Origin: Candidatus Latescibacterota bacterium | Lineage (GTDB): Bacteria; Latescibacterota; UBA2968; UBA8231 | Assembly: GCA_965242865.1 (NCBI GenBank) | Contig: CBDETK010000013.1 | Coordinates: 288,001-352,000 of the forward strand | Length of the DNA stretch: 64,000 nt | Direction of reading: 5' to 3' | Part shown: in pieces, positions 1-8,772 of the stretch | Layout: every line of letters starts with the position of its first letter | Numbering within the stretch: the stretch's first letter is position 1 | Translations under genes and position numbers: made by a program | Notes under the pieces: generated by a model | Told to the model about the DNA's origin: nothing | What the model saw: only the letters and a program-made list of their open reading frames with translations | The model's database searches: none

Positions 1-2
1 CC

Positions 3-107
3 GGCTACGCCATTGACCGCATCTATATCGGCCAGTGGATTTCCGAAGAGAATCGCACCCTCTGGAACGCGGAGTTTGCGGGGGCCGGGGATGCTGTCCG
101 CCCTTAA
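3..107 (+). CDS. 3' end of a CDS running in from the window edge (unknown product)
   Basis: Open frame GYAIDRIYIGQWISEENRTLWNAEFAGAGDAVRP ending at TAA 105-107, with GC-rich codon usage. Confidence 0.5.
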   Translation, partial: GYAIDRIYIGQWISEENRTLWNAEFAGAGDAVRP

Positions 108-213
108 GTACACGACGGTATGCTAGCCGCCCATAGCCCGTCGCTGGCGGTTGATAGGGAAGGATGGTAGAAGGATTGAACAGGTTAGGATATACCTGAA
201 ACTACGCGGTGCC

Positions 214-468
214 CTACTCGGCTTGGTCTAACAGGGGTCTAAAGGCTTCGAGGCTGGGGACCTGTATGGCCGCCCGATGCAACTGCTTGAGGTGCTGCAC
301 ATCGTCAATGGCCCCAATGCGGGCGGCCAACGGATCCGACGCAGCTAGTTCAAAGCGAATCGCTAGCACATCGAGCAGAGCTTCAAGGGCGCGTTCTCGG
401 CCGCCTTGCTTGATGCCCTGCTTGATGCCCTTTTCCGTGAAATACTGCACTACCGACGACTCGTACAT
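214..468 (-). CDS. Putative internally initiated small Rpn C-terminal protein (RpnS-like antitoxin), 84 aa
   Basis: Strong SD GGAGGAG immediately before the in-frame ATG (MYESSVVQYF) within the Rpn frame. Confidence 0.55.
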   Translation of the reverse strand: MYESSVVQYFTEKGIKQGIKQGGRERALEALLDVLAIRFELAASDPLAARIGAIDDVQHLKQLHRAAIQVPSLEAFRPLLDQAE

Positions 469-981
469 GGTCTCCTCCGCGATGATGGTCGTAATCGTGT
501 CTAAGTTATACACCAACCCGCTCAATATCGCAAGATTGGCCAAGTAATTGGCCTGGCGGGATTCGTCTAGCGGCACCTGTTGCGCCCGGTTGACACACTG
601 GCGCAACCACCCCTCGGCATCTATCCCCGCGGGCGGCTGCATCAACGGCGCAAACGGCAGCAAGCCCGAAGGCCCCTCCTCGAGTATGCGTTGGCCATCG
701 AGCTCAATCAGCCGACTCACCTTGTATTGCACCAACACCCGGTAGCCGGGTTGCTCTTGGAGATAATACCCCGGATCGTGCCGGCCGGCGTCAGGCCGCA
801 GATAGATGACGTTGGAGTAGATCGGGCACTTGTGCTGCTCAATGCCGCGTCCGATATAGCCGACCATGCGGAGGGGCATGGGTGGTTTGCTGTCGGTGGT
901 TTGAAACTCGTGATGGACCAACGCCTCCACGCCATCGACGTGGACGCGAATGAGGCTGTCGGTGCGATGGGTTTCGATGGT

Positions 982-1006
982 GGTTCCCGTTTTCACGGGA
1001 ATGACG
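982..1006. repeat. REP-like palindrome (GTCATTCCCG-GAAA-CGGGAA type)
   Basis: ggTTCCCGT-tttc-ACGGGAAtgacg: 7-bp stem with a GAAA loop on the minus strand. A related copy lies at 16108-16133. Confidence 0.75.
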
Positions 1007-1311
1007 TTTTTGCTCGGTCTCGCCGCCGCCGTGGACTTGGATGTCGTCTTGTTGGAGGGCGAATCGGGCGAAGTCCGTTGGGTAGGTGTGGATGAGATGT
1101 TTGGCGATGGTATCGAATTCGGCCATGGGTTTTGCCTTGGGTTGCGGGTGGGGTGGTATCCGCAACTGGCAAAAATCGTGCCACGGCGTCGGCTCAGAGG
1201 GGCGGCTTGGGATTGGAGGCGTTGGTGTGTGGCGAAAAGGGTACAGGTGTGGGACGTTAAGGAAAAAGCGGCGTACCGTCCGTTGTCTGTTCGGAGGGCC
1301 GGTCCCATGAA

Positions 1312-1878
1312 TTACCCAACCATGGCGACGAAATAGCGATGCAGACTCAAATCGCTGGTCAGTTCGGGGTGGAACGAGGCGACGAGCACTGAGCCTTGGC
1401 GCACCGCAACCGCGTCGTCGCCGCATGTCGCCAGCACCTCGACTCCGTCGCCCAGCCGTGCGATGCGAGGGGCGCGGATGAAGATCATCGGCAAGGAGCG
1501 CGGTGGCCCATCCGCCGCCCAAACGCCCGTCCCCTCGAAGCTATCGACTTGGCGGCCGTAGCTGTTGCGCTCGACGTCAATGTCGATCAGGCCGAGGGAC
1601 TGCTGCGGTGGATTGGAGACGCCTTTGGCCAACAGGATCATCCCCGCGCAGGTGCCAAAAATGGGGTTGCCGGCCGCGGCAAAATCCCTCAGCGGCGTCC
1701 AGAAATCCCAAGCGTCCATGAGCTTAATGAGCGTCGTGCTCTCGCCGCCGGGGAAGATCAGCCCGTCCACCGCGGACAACTGCGCGGGTTTTTTGATTAC
1801 GCGGGATGCCACCGCCAATGCGTTGAGCATCGCGCCGTGGGCCGCGTAGTCGCCCTGCAATCCCAAAATTCCAATCAT
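1312..1878 (-). CDS. pdxT: Pyridoxal 5'-phosphate synthase glutaminase subunit
   Basis: Motifs GILGLQGD, PGGESTT, FGTCAGMILL, RNSYGRQVDSF, FIRAP, SFHPELT; adjacent to pdxS. Confidence 0.97.
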   Translation of the reverse strand: MIGILGLQGDYAAHGAMLNALAVASRVIKKPAQLSAVDGLIFPGGESTTLIKLMDAWDFWTPLRDFAAAGNPIFGTCAGMILLAKGVSNPPQQSLGLIDIDVERNSYGRQVDSFEGTGVWAADGPPRSLPMIFIRAPRIARLGDGVEVLATCGDDAVAVRQGSVLVASFHPELTSDLSLHRYFVAMVG

Positions 1879-1889
1879 CGCTCGTCCAT

Positions 1890-1931
1890 GAGAATGCCCC
1901 GCCTCTGATGGAGCAGAGACGGGGCATTCTC
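1890..1931. terminator. Strong intergenic hairpin between pdxS and pdxT (terminator-like or mRNA-stabilising)
   Basis: GAGAATGCCCCGCCTCTG / CAGAGACGGGGCATTCTC, an 18-bp stem with one mismatch (G-U on the minus strand); no clear U-tract. Confidence 0.5.
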
Positions 1932-1950
1932 GTTGGTCTCTGGCGGCGTC

Positions 1951-2853
1951 TTACCAGCCGCGGGTTTGTAGTTTGTCCTTCTCTTCGAGGGTGTCGATGT
2001 TGATGCCGACCATGGCCTCGCCGAGGTTTTCCGAGACGCGAATCAAGACCGCTGGGTCGTCGTAGTGGGTGGTGGCCTCGACGATGGCTTTGGCGCGGAT
2101 GGCCGGGTCGCCGGACTTAAAGATCCCAGATCCGACGAAAATGGCCTCGGCACCGAGCTGCATCATCAGCGAGGCATCGGCGGGGGTGGCGACGCCTCCG
2201 GCGGCAAAGTTGGGCACCGGCAGCTTGCCGTGCTCGGCGACCCAGCGGACCAATTCATACGGCGCACCCAGTTCCTTGGCCGCGGTCATTAGCTGCTCGG
2301 GACGCAGGATTGTCAGCCGGCGGATCTCGTCGGTGACCGAGCGTATGTGGCGCACGGCCTCGACGATGTTGCCCGACCCCGCCTCGCCCTTGGTGCGGAT
2401 CATGGCCGCGCCCTCGCCAATCCGCCGCAGGGCTTCGCCGAGGTTGCGGCAGCCGCAGACGAAAGGCACCTCAAAGGCGAACTTATCGACGTGATAGTGC
2501 TCGTCCGCGGGCGTCAGGACCTCGCTTTCGTCGATGTAGTCGATCCCGAGCGCTTGGAGCATCTGCGCTTCGGCAAAGTGGCCGATGCGGCACTTGGCCA
2601 TGACCGGAATGGAGACCGCGTCCATGATCTGGCGCAACTTCTCAATACTCGACATGCGCGACACGCCGCCTTCAGCGCGGATGTCGGCGGGCACTCTTTC
2701 CAGCGCCATGACCGAGACGGCCCCAGCGTCTTCGGCGATCTTGGCGTGGTCGGCGGTGACCACGTCCATGATGACCCCGCCCTTGAGCATTTCGGCGAAG
2801 CCGGTCTTGAGGCGCAGGGTGCCAGTCTGTCCATTGGTAGGAATTTCGTTCAT
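1951..2853 (-). CDS. pdxS: Pyridoxal 5'-phosphate synthase lyase subunit
   Basis: [60 protein letters not shown]-terminal RGW. Confidence 0.98.
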   Translation of the reverse strand: MNEIPTNGQTGTLRLKTGFAEMLKGGVIMDVVTADHAKIAEDAGAVSVMALERVPADIRAEGGVSRMSSIEKLRQIMDAVSIPVMAKCRIGHFAEAQMLQALGIDYIDESEVLTPADEHYHVDKFAFEVPFVCGCRNLGEALRRIGEGAAMIRTKGEAGSGNIVEAVRHIRSVTDEIRRLTILRPEQLMTAAKELGAPYELVRWVAEHGKLPVPNFAAGGVATPADASLMMQLGAEAIFVGSGIFKSGDPAIRAKAIVEATTHYDDPAVLIRVSENLGEAMVGINIDTLEEKDKLQTRGW

Positions 2854-2931
2854 AGCACAATCTCCTTTAGAACTGTTCCTTCAAAACATATTCCAAAACA
2901 GCCTCCCACGCAATTTTCACCCCAGGCAAAA

Positions 2932-4371
2932 TCAGGCCCCGCGCAGGCTCGCCCAATAGGTGCGACAAAGGTCGCGGGCAAAGAGAAAGAGGGCGGCTGA
3001 GGTCGCGATACTGGCGAGGACCGCGCCGGTGCCTAGAACCGCAAGCGGCGACCAAGGCAGCAGGGGGCGGGCTAACAGGAGAACGGCGAACACAACGGCG
3101 ACGACCAGCCCGGGGCGGCTGAGCGCGGCGAGGTACGTTGCAAACGGCAGGTCGATCAAGCGGTTGACGAGGCACTGCGAAAGCAGCAAGAACAGCAAGG
3201 CGGCCGCGGCGATGACGCGGGCCACGCCTTCGACGCCGTGCGGCAGGCCATAGAGGTACAGGGCCGGAATCAGCACTCCCATGCTAAAGAGCGACCAATA
3301 GAACGACCAGTTGGCCTTGCCTTTGGCCATAAAAATCGAGCCAGCCAAGGATCCAGCTACCTTCAAAAGCGTCGCCGTGGCCAACAGACGCAGCACCGTC
3401 CACATCGGTTCGGCGTTGACCAAGGCGGCAATCTCCGGCGCAAAGACGAATAGCCCCGCGAGGACCGGCCCCAGCGCGAGCACCAAGCCCTGTACCGAGG
3501 ACAAATAGCCGCGACGCAGGAGCGCGTCGTCTTCTACGATCGTCGAAAAGGTCGGGAAAGAGACGCGCTGGATGGTCGTAGCCAGCCGAGTCAGGGGTTG
3601 CAAGGTCAATCGTTCGGCCAAGCTGTAATAGGCTTGAGCCGTCGCGCCGAGCGGCTGGTAGATGAAGAGATAAGCGATCTTGACGTTGAGCAGGGTCGTC
3701 ACGCGCGACCCCGTAAAATTCAGAGCAAAGCCGAGGAGTTGGCGCAGTGCTTGGGGCTGGAAGTGCCGGCGCGGCAGCCAGCGAGCCGAAAGCGCGAGGC
3801 TGCTAAAAAGACCGAGTTCGCGCACGACCGCGCCGAGGCCCGGGATCAAGACGCCCAATTCGGGCCGCCAGCAAAGCAGAATCGTCACGGCGAGGGCAAA
3901 GGTCACAACCGAAACGAGCTCAGAGAGGGCCACGGCGCGGAAGTCGAGGGTGCGCTGGAGTCTGGCCCGCAACAGGCCGGCCAATGAGGCGAAAGGGACC
4001 GTCAGGCAGAGCGCACGCAAGACGCGGCCAAAGGCGTGCGGGTCTTCGCCCCCCAAAAAGGACGCCAGCCAAGGGACTGCAGCGACGACCGCGGCGGTGA
4101 GCAGCAGCCCCCAACCCAAACAAGTCCAGAAGGCCGCATCAAAGTGTTCCTCGCCTGCGTCCGGCAGCTGGACCAAGGCCGCGCCCAGCCCCAAGTCGCC
4201 AACCAGCGCTAGGAGCATCACCAGCGCCAGTGCCCACTCAAAATGGCCCAAATCGCCGAGCGGCAAGAGCTTGTAGAGCACCAGCATGACGCCGAGCTGG
4301 ATGAGGGAGGCACTGCCATTCCAAAGGAAACCGCGCAGGGCGCGGGTGGCGAGGGCGGGCGAGGTGCTCAC
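2932..4371 (-). CDS. Oligosaccharide flippase / polysaccharide biosynthesis protein (WzxC-like)
   Basis: Multi-TM protein with RALRGFLW, DLGLGAALVQ, AFW, LQRTLDFR, RVSFPTFS motifs; start chosen at GTG 4371 (ATG 4437 is an alternative). Confidence 0.8.
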   Translation of the reverse strand: MSTSPALATRALRGFLWNGSASLIQLGVMLVLYKLLPLGDLGHFEWALALVMLLALVGDLGLGAALVQLPDAGEEHFDAAFWTCLGWGLLLTAAVVAAVPWLASFLGGEDPHAFGRVLRALCLTVPFASLAGLLRARLQRTLDFRAVALSELVSVVTFALAVTILLCWRPELGVLIPGLGAVVRELGLFSSLALSARWLPRRHFQPQALRQLLGFALNFTGSRVTTLLNVKIAYLFIYQPLGATAQAYYSLAERLTLQPLTRLATTIQRVSFPTFSTIVEDDALLRRGYLSSVQGLVLALGPVLAGLFVFAPEIAALVNAEPMWTVLRLLATATLLKVAGSLAGSIFMAKGKANWSFYWSLFSMGVLIPALYLYGLPHGVEGVARVIAAAALLFLLLSQCLVNRLIDLPFATYLAALSRPGLVVAVVFAVLLLARPLLPWSPLAVLGTGAVLASIATSAALFLFARDLCRTYWASLRGA

Positions 4372-4384
4372 AGGCTGGGAGGCG

Positions 4385-6271
4385 TCACGACGCTTCGATA
4401 TAGGCTTTGGCGATGCGACCCTTCTTGCCGAAGACATTGACCGCCCGCGCTTCGAGCTGGTTTTCACCCGCCGCGAGCGTCCACTCAAAGCGGGCCGTGC
4501 GCTCCTCGCGCCACGGGCCGCCATCCTGGCGCACCAAGAAGTGCGAGAAGTTGGGCGCGGTATGCTCTAGATCGACTTGCAGAGTACGCGCCTTTTCCAC
4601 CACCTGTAGGTAGAGCCGCGTCTGGTTGACCGACCAGTAGAAGTCTGCGGGCCGAGAGGTCTGCAAGGAGTATTCGGCGTAGCGGGGATCGGCGTCGTCT
4701 GACCACCAGAGATAGCCATCCCAGTGGTATTGCCCGGCTCCGTGGCGCAGCTCGGCTGGCTCGGCGAAGAGCAGGTGCGTGTTGCGCAGCGGAATGCCGA
4801 AGCGGCAAAACACATCGATATAGCTGGTCATGGGTTCGACGACCTTTTGCGGCAGCTTGTTGGCCGTGATCTTTTCGCGCCGCTCGTCCGCTGCGGCCTC
4901 GTGCAGTTCCAAGGCGTTGATGGGCACTCCGTCCATTTCGTAGGTGGCGTCAAATTCGCGGGTCGGCCCGGCGTCTTCGAGGATCCACTTTTGCAATTTT
5001 TCGCACCAGACCTCGGCCAAGCAGTGGTGATCGACGACGACCGACCGAGCCACCCACCCTAGGGCCGAGGCGCAGCCGGCGAACACCGCTCCGTAGTGGG
5101 TACACATGCCAAAGCCCCAGTCGCCCTTGGTGGTGTCGAGAATCTCTAGGGGGTTCCACGAGGGGCAATGGGGATATTTGTCGGATTGCCAGCCCAGCCA
5201 CTGGCTGTGGACCCAGTCGCGCAACAGGGCTAGCTGTTCGAGTTCGGTTTTTCCCGCGGCAATGACCTCGTCGAGGCGGTACTGTTTGCGCAGCCGCTCT
5301 TGGTGCGGGTGCGGCCCCATATAGGAGAAGGGGTACGAGCTATACACGAGCTGGGGTTGGTCAAATTCTGCTCGCTTAAAGGGCGCGAGGCTTTGGGCGT
5401 CCTCCTCGATGTCGGCTTCGAGGGCGACCGCTTGGAGCGTCGGGGTCTTATGGGCCGAAGCGGTTTCGAGGATGGCGCGCCACTGCACAAAGCGCCCGGG
5501 CCACTGCAAGGCGGCGCATCGTTCCCAAGCCGTCCAAGTGCGCGGATCAAAGGAAGGCGTCGAACCCGTGCGTAGCTCAAAATGTATCTGGGTGCCCTGC
5601 GGCTGGCGCGTTCGCGCTTTCAGGTGCAGGCGGCGAATGCCCAGCCGCGGGGCGATGCGGCCGCGGCCGTCTTCGTCGGCTAGATCGATAACCGGCGAGC
5701 AAAGCGTCCCCCGCGGAGGATGTCCCTTGATGCGGAGCCGCACTAGGTATTCGCCGTCTATGGCGCGGGCTTCGCCCAAGGTGCCTTGGTGCCAAGTTTT
5801 GCCGCCGTCAAAGCTGCGGCTCGAACGGCTTGGCGGGGGATCGGCTAGACCGCCCGGGAAGGGGTCGATGTGCAACACGCCGCTGTGCGAGAAGACGAAT
5901 TCGTTGAGGCCGCTTTTGAGGTACTTGGCGGCGATTTTCTTGCGGTCCCAACCGCCGGTGAGCATGCGCTGACGGTCTTGGCGGTGCGTGAGGACATGGC
6001 CGTTGACTTGGAGTCGCATGGGTTTGTCCGCGGTGGTTTGGTCGGCGTTGACGTAAAAGAGCAGCTCGGCTCCTTTGGTCTTGGCCGAGGGGATGTCGAA
6101 CTCGACTTTTGCACAGGAGGCGGGGGTAAGCTCTTCGCAGATGTCGCCGTCAACGCCCATTTCGTTGGTGATCAAATAGGTGGGGGCGAGGCGGGCGGCC
6201 GGGGTGGTTTGGGCGTCGATGAAGCGGTCGCGGCGGTAGTCGCGGAAGTCGGAGATCGCGATGCGTTTCAT
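4385..6271 (-). CDS. Transglutaminase-like domain protein
   Basis: GMCTHYG...HHCLAEVWCEKLQKWILED (Cys-His-Asp triad pattern); start MKRIAISDF with an AGGAG RBS. Confidence 0.7.
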   Translation of the reverse strand: MKRIAISDFRDYRRDRFIDAQTTPAARLAPTYLITNEMGVDGDICEELTPASCAKVEFDIPSAKTKGAELLFYVNADQTTADKPMRLQVNGHVLTHRQDRQRMLTGGWDRKKIAAKYLKSGLNEFVFSHSGVLHIDPFPGGLADPPPSRSSRSFDGGKTWHQGTLGEARAIDGEYLVRLRIKGHPPRGTLCSPVIDLADEDGRGRIAPRLGIRRLHLKARTRQPQGTQIHFELRTGSTPSFDPRTWTAWERCAALQWPGRFVQWRAILETASAHKTPTLQAVALEADIEEDAQSLAPFKRAEFDQPQLVYSSYPFSYMGPHPHQERLRKQYRLDEVIAAGKTELEQLALLRDWVHSQWLGWQSDKYPHCPSWNPLEILDTTKGDWGFGMCTHYGAVFAGCASALGWVARSVVVDHHCLAEVWCEKLQKWILEDAGPTREFDATYEMDGVPINALELHEAAADERREKITANKLPQKVVEPMTSYIDVFCRFGIPLRNTHLLFAEPAELRHGAGQYHWDGYLWWSDDADPRYAEYSLQTSRPADFYWSVNQTRLYLQVVEKARTLQVDLEHTAPNFSHFLVRQDGGPWREERTARFEWTLAAGENQLEARAVNVFGKKGRIAKAYIEAS

Positions 6272-6330
6272 GGCAGGCTCCTGAGTGGGGTCTAGGTGGG
6301 GAATGTAGGGGTGATATGGGCTGGGCAAAC
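6200..6330. repeat. Direct repeat copy 1 (upstream region plus first ~22 codons of the transglutaminase-like gene)
   Basis: Near-identical to 7191-7326: MKRIAISDFRDYRRDRFIDAQT vs MKRITTTDFRDYRRDRFIDAQT, plus shared upstream sequence. Confidence 0.85.
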
Positions 6331-6377
6331 TTGGGATGCCGCATTGATTTTTGACATCTGATCAAATCAGGAAGCTG

Positions 6378-6794
6378 TCACTGCGGCACGATCGCCGGAA
6401 TCATCTGTCGGCCGTTTCTCCGATATAGGCCAAAGTCGCTATCCAGCGTTAGTACGCGGTTTTCTGGATAAAGCTCGCTCATCCTGACTAGGCACGCATC
6501 GGCCAGAGACATGGGCACTGAGCGATACTTCTTGAGCAGTTTTTGAACAGGTTGAATTTGGTCTTCGAGGCGAAAAAAGGGGACGATAATTTTGCGCTGT
6601 AGTAAATCCATAACTGGCTCACTTTCGCCATGCATACGACTCAAGAGAAAACAAGCCTCGGAGAGTACCGCCTCGCAGGTTGCCATCGGCGGGGCAATCT
6701 GACTCCATTGTGCCATCGCCCATTCGTGATACTCGTCCCGTCGGTTTAAAAAGGCAACGAGTGGCCCTGTATCCAACAAGACACCACGTCTCAC
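6378..6794 (-). CDS. vapC: PIN-domain toxin (VapC family)
   Basis: VLLDTGPLVA...TCEAVLSEACFLL...MSLADACLV...LTLDSDF PIN motifs; overlaps the antitoxin stop. Confidence 0.9.
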   Translation of the reverse strand: MRRGVLLDTGPLVAFLNRRDEYHEWAMAQWSQIAPPMATCEAVLSEACFLLSRMHGESEPVMDLLQRKIIVPFFRLEDQIQPVQKLLKKYRSVPMSLADACLVRMSELYPENRVLTLDSDFGLYRRNGRQMIPAIVPQ

Positions 6795-7030
6795 TGGCCA
6801 TATCCTCTCAGGTGCTTCTTGTTATATGAAAGATCTTCGGCTCCCTCAAGGCATCCGCTTAAATCTCTGGCTAGGTCTAGGCACGAGTTGGACATAGGTG
6901 TTTCATCAGCTCCTACGAGGATCTCAATAGCCGCACGGATCAGGGCTGATTTACTCTCATTCCGTTGTGCTGCAACGGTCCCTAATTTGACGTCTAACTC
7001 TTCGGGAACTTTAACGGTCAGAGTTTTCAT
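6791..7030 (-). CDS. Ribbon-helix-helix (CopG-like) antitoxin
   Basis: MKTLTVKVPEELDVKL...SKSALIRAAI RHH pattern, C-terminal DLSYNKKHLRGYGQ, AGGAGG RBS; directly upstream of the PIN toxin. Confidence 0.85.
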   Translation of the reverse strand: MKTLTVKVPEELDVKLGTVAAQRNESKSALIRAAIEILVGADETPMSNSCLDLARDLSGCLEGAEDLSYNKKHLRGYGQ

Positions 7031-7064
7031 CTTTCCTCCTATTGCCAGAGCGGCTTCCCGTCCG

Positions 7065-7190
7065 CCAGCATACTCTGTAGAAACTAGCCAAGCCCTCCAA
7101 AAGGTCAACCTCAACCGCATCAGCCAATAACACCGCCTCGATCACCTGAATGCACCGATGCAACCACGCTTCCGCATCTAACCCGGGCGG
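7065..7190 (-). pseudogene. Fragment of a second Rpn-family gene
   Basis: PPGLDAEAWLHRCIQVIEAVLLADAVEVDLLEGLA resembles PAGIDAEGWLRQCVNRAQQVPLDESRQANYLANLA of the Rpn gene at 214-1126. Confidence 0.55.
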
Positions 7191-7326
7191 CGGGGGCGGT
7201 TTGGGCATCGATGAAGCGGTCGCGGCGATAGTCGCGGAAGTCGGTGGTAGTGATGCGTTTCATGGTAGGCTCCTGAGTGAGTGGGCTATGTGGGGAATGT
7301 AGGGGGTGATAAGGGGTGGGGCAAAC
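7191..7326. repeat. Direct repeat copy 2 (truncated 5' end of the transglutaminase-like gene)
   Basis: Diverged copy of 6200-6330. Confidence 0.85.
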
Positions 7327-7397
7327 AAGACCTTGCGCGGGTCAAGATAAGGCAGCCCTTTCTGTCGGGTAGCCTGCCGAATGAGCCAGTACACTTA

Positions 7398-7675
7398 GAT
7401 CAAAACGGCTCGGCCTTTGCTAGGGCAGTCGTTTCCTTTTCGGTCACTGCTGGCGGCGAGACGCTGTCAGCCACCACTGCCGCCACAGATGCCAGCGGTC
7501 GAGCCAGAAATACGCTGACGCTGGGCAGCGAGCTAGGGACGAACACGGTTGCGGTCACTGTCGCGGGGCTGGGGACGGTGACCTTTACCGCTACGACCAC
7601 CGAGCAAACGGCCCATAGTCTGAGCCAAGGTCTCCGGCGATAATCAAGCAGGCCCAGCCAGCACCCAATTGGCCG
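7398..7675 (+). pseudogene. Remnant of a bacterial Ig-like (Big_1-type) repeat surface protein
   Basis: DQNGSAFARAVVSFSVTAGGETLSATTAATDASGRARNTLTLGSELGTNTVAVTV...VTFTAT, continuing in a shifted frame as VSGDNQAGPASTQLA; no credible start. Confidence 0.6.
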
Positions 7676-7711
7676 CGCCATTATAGGCAAGGATGACAAG
7701 GAGGCTATGCT

Positions 7712-7999
7712 ATGGAAGTGACCCAAGGCCGCGATAACGTATTCGAGGATATTGGTTTTGAGCGGGAAGAAGCGGCGAGCTTAAAGGTCCGGGCTGATTT
7801 AATGCTCAACCTGAGAAAGTACATCGAAACGAGAGGGTGGACCCAGCGTCAAGCCGCGGCATTTTTTGGCGAGTCCCAACCGCGCATTAGCAACTTAATG
7901 CAGGGGGAGATCAGTCGTTTTAGTGTGGATAAACTGATTAACATGCTGACGCGGGCGGGGATGCAAGTCGAAATTTACGTCAAGCCAAAAGCCGCCTAA
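7712..7999 (+). CDS. XRE-family HTH protein (HigA-like antitoxin), no adjacent toxin
   Basis: NVFEDIGF...LKVRADLM...TQRQAAAFFGESQPRISNLMQGEISRFSVDKL; AGGAGG RBS. Confidence 0.85.
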   Translation: MEVTQGRDNVFEDIGFEREEAASLKVRADLMLNLRKYIETRGWTQRQAAAFFGESQPRISNLMQGEISRFSVDKLINMLTRAGMQVEIYVKPKAA

Positions 8000-8001
8000 G
8001 C

Positions 8002-8772
8002 TCAGGCGAGGAGGGCCTCGGCGTATTGGCGGGCGGCAAGGGCCGCTGGCAGTGGCTCGTCCCAGTGGACGCCCTCCAGCTCGACGACGAGGGGGCTGTC
8101 GTACCCGCTATCGTCTAACAGTTTGAACAATTCCGCAAAGGGCAATTCGCCTTCCCCAAAGGGCACGGGTGTTTCGCCCTGCTGGTCGCGCAGGTGGACC
8201 AGGCCGATGCGCCCGGCGAGGGCCTCGGCAAAGGGCATGATCGGCTCGCCGACCGAGAGCAGGTGACCGGTGTCTAAGAGCACGCACGCCCGTGCGGGCA
8301 ACTCGGGCATTACCGCTTGGTAGTCGGCCAGTCCTTGGAGGCGGTTGCCTTGGTGGTTGCCCAAGTTGAGGGCGATGTCAGGGATGTTTTCGAGCAGCGC
8401 GTTGACGCCTTCGACCAAGTCGGCGAGGGCCTCGTCCGTGCGGGCGCCGCCCTTCGCATTCATGGCTTTGACCCCCAGGGCGCGGCCCAAGTGGATGTCC
8501 CATTCGAGCTGGCGCAAATTGTAAGCGAGGTTGCGCTCGTCTGAGTCGGCCTTGCGGCCGGTGAGGTTGCGGATATTGAAGCCAGCAAGCGCTAGGCCGG
8601 CTTCGGCGAGCGCGGTGCGGACCCTGGGCACAGACCAGTCGCGGTGGACGGGGGTACTCTCGGTGTATGCGCGGAAAAGTTCGACGCGGGAGAAACCAGC
8701 CGCCTTTGCTAGGTCGAGCACCTCGGGCAAGAGCAGGGTTGGGCAGAGGGTTGGGCTAAAGACGAGATCCAT
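8002..8772 (-). CDS. Sugar phosphate isomerase/epimerase (xylose-isomerase-like TIM barrel)
   Basis: LDTGH, VHLRD, PFGEGELPF, LVVELE motifs. Confidence 0.8.
   Translation of the reverse strand: MDLVFSPTLCPTLLLPEVLDLAKAAGFSRVELFRAYTESTPVHRDWSVPRVRTALAEAGLALAGFNIRNLTGRKADSDERNLAYNLRQLEWDIHLGRALGVKAMNAKGGARTDEALADLVEGVNALLENIPDIALNLGNHQGNRLQGLADYQAVMPELPARACVLLDTGHLLSVGEPIMPFAEALAGRIGLVHLRDQQGETPVPFGEGELPFAELFKLLDDSGYDSPLVVELEGVHWDEPLPAALAARQYAEALLA

Larger units (their letters stand above)
214..1126 (-). pseudogene. Rpn family (recombination-promoting nuclease / PD-(D/E)XK putative transposase) gene, frameshifted by a palindrome insertion near 982-1009
   Basis: N-terminus MAEFDTIAKHLIHTYPTDFARF (ATG at 1126) is in one frame. 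The nuclease core HRTDSLIRV...VHHEFQT...MPLRMVGY and the C-terminal EKGIKQGIKQG repeat are in another frame. The junction coincides with a stem-loop insert. Confidence 0.8.

Noticed and set aside
1000-1015. Programmed -1 frameshift in the Rpn gene (A-run plus hairpin)
   Set aside because: Only five As are present and rejoining the frame needs +1, not -1; an insertion explains it better
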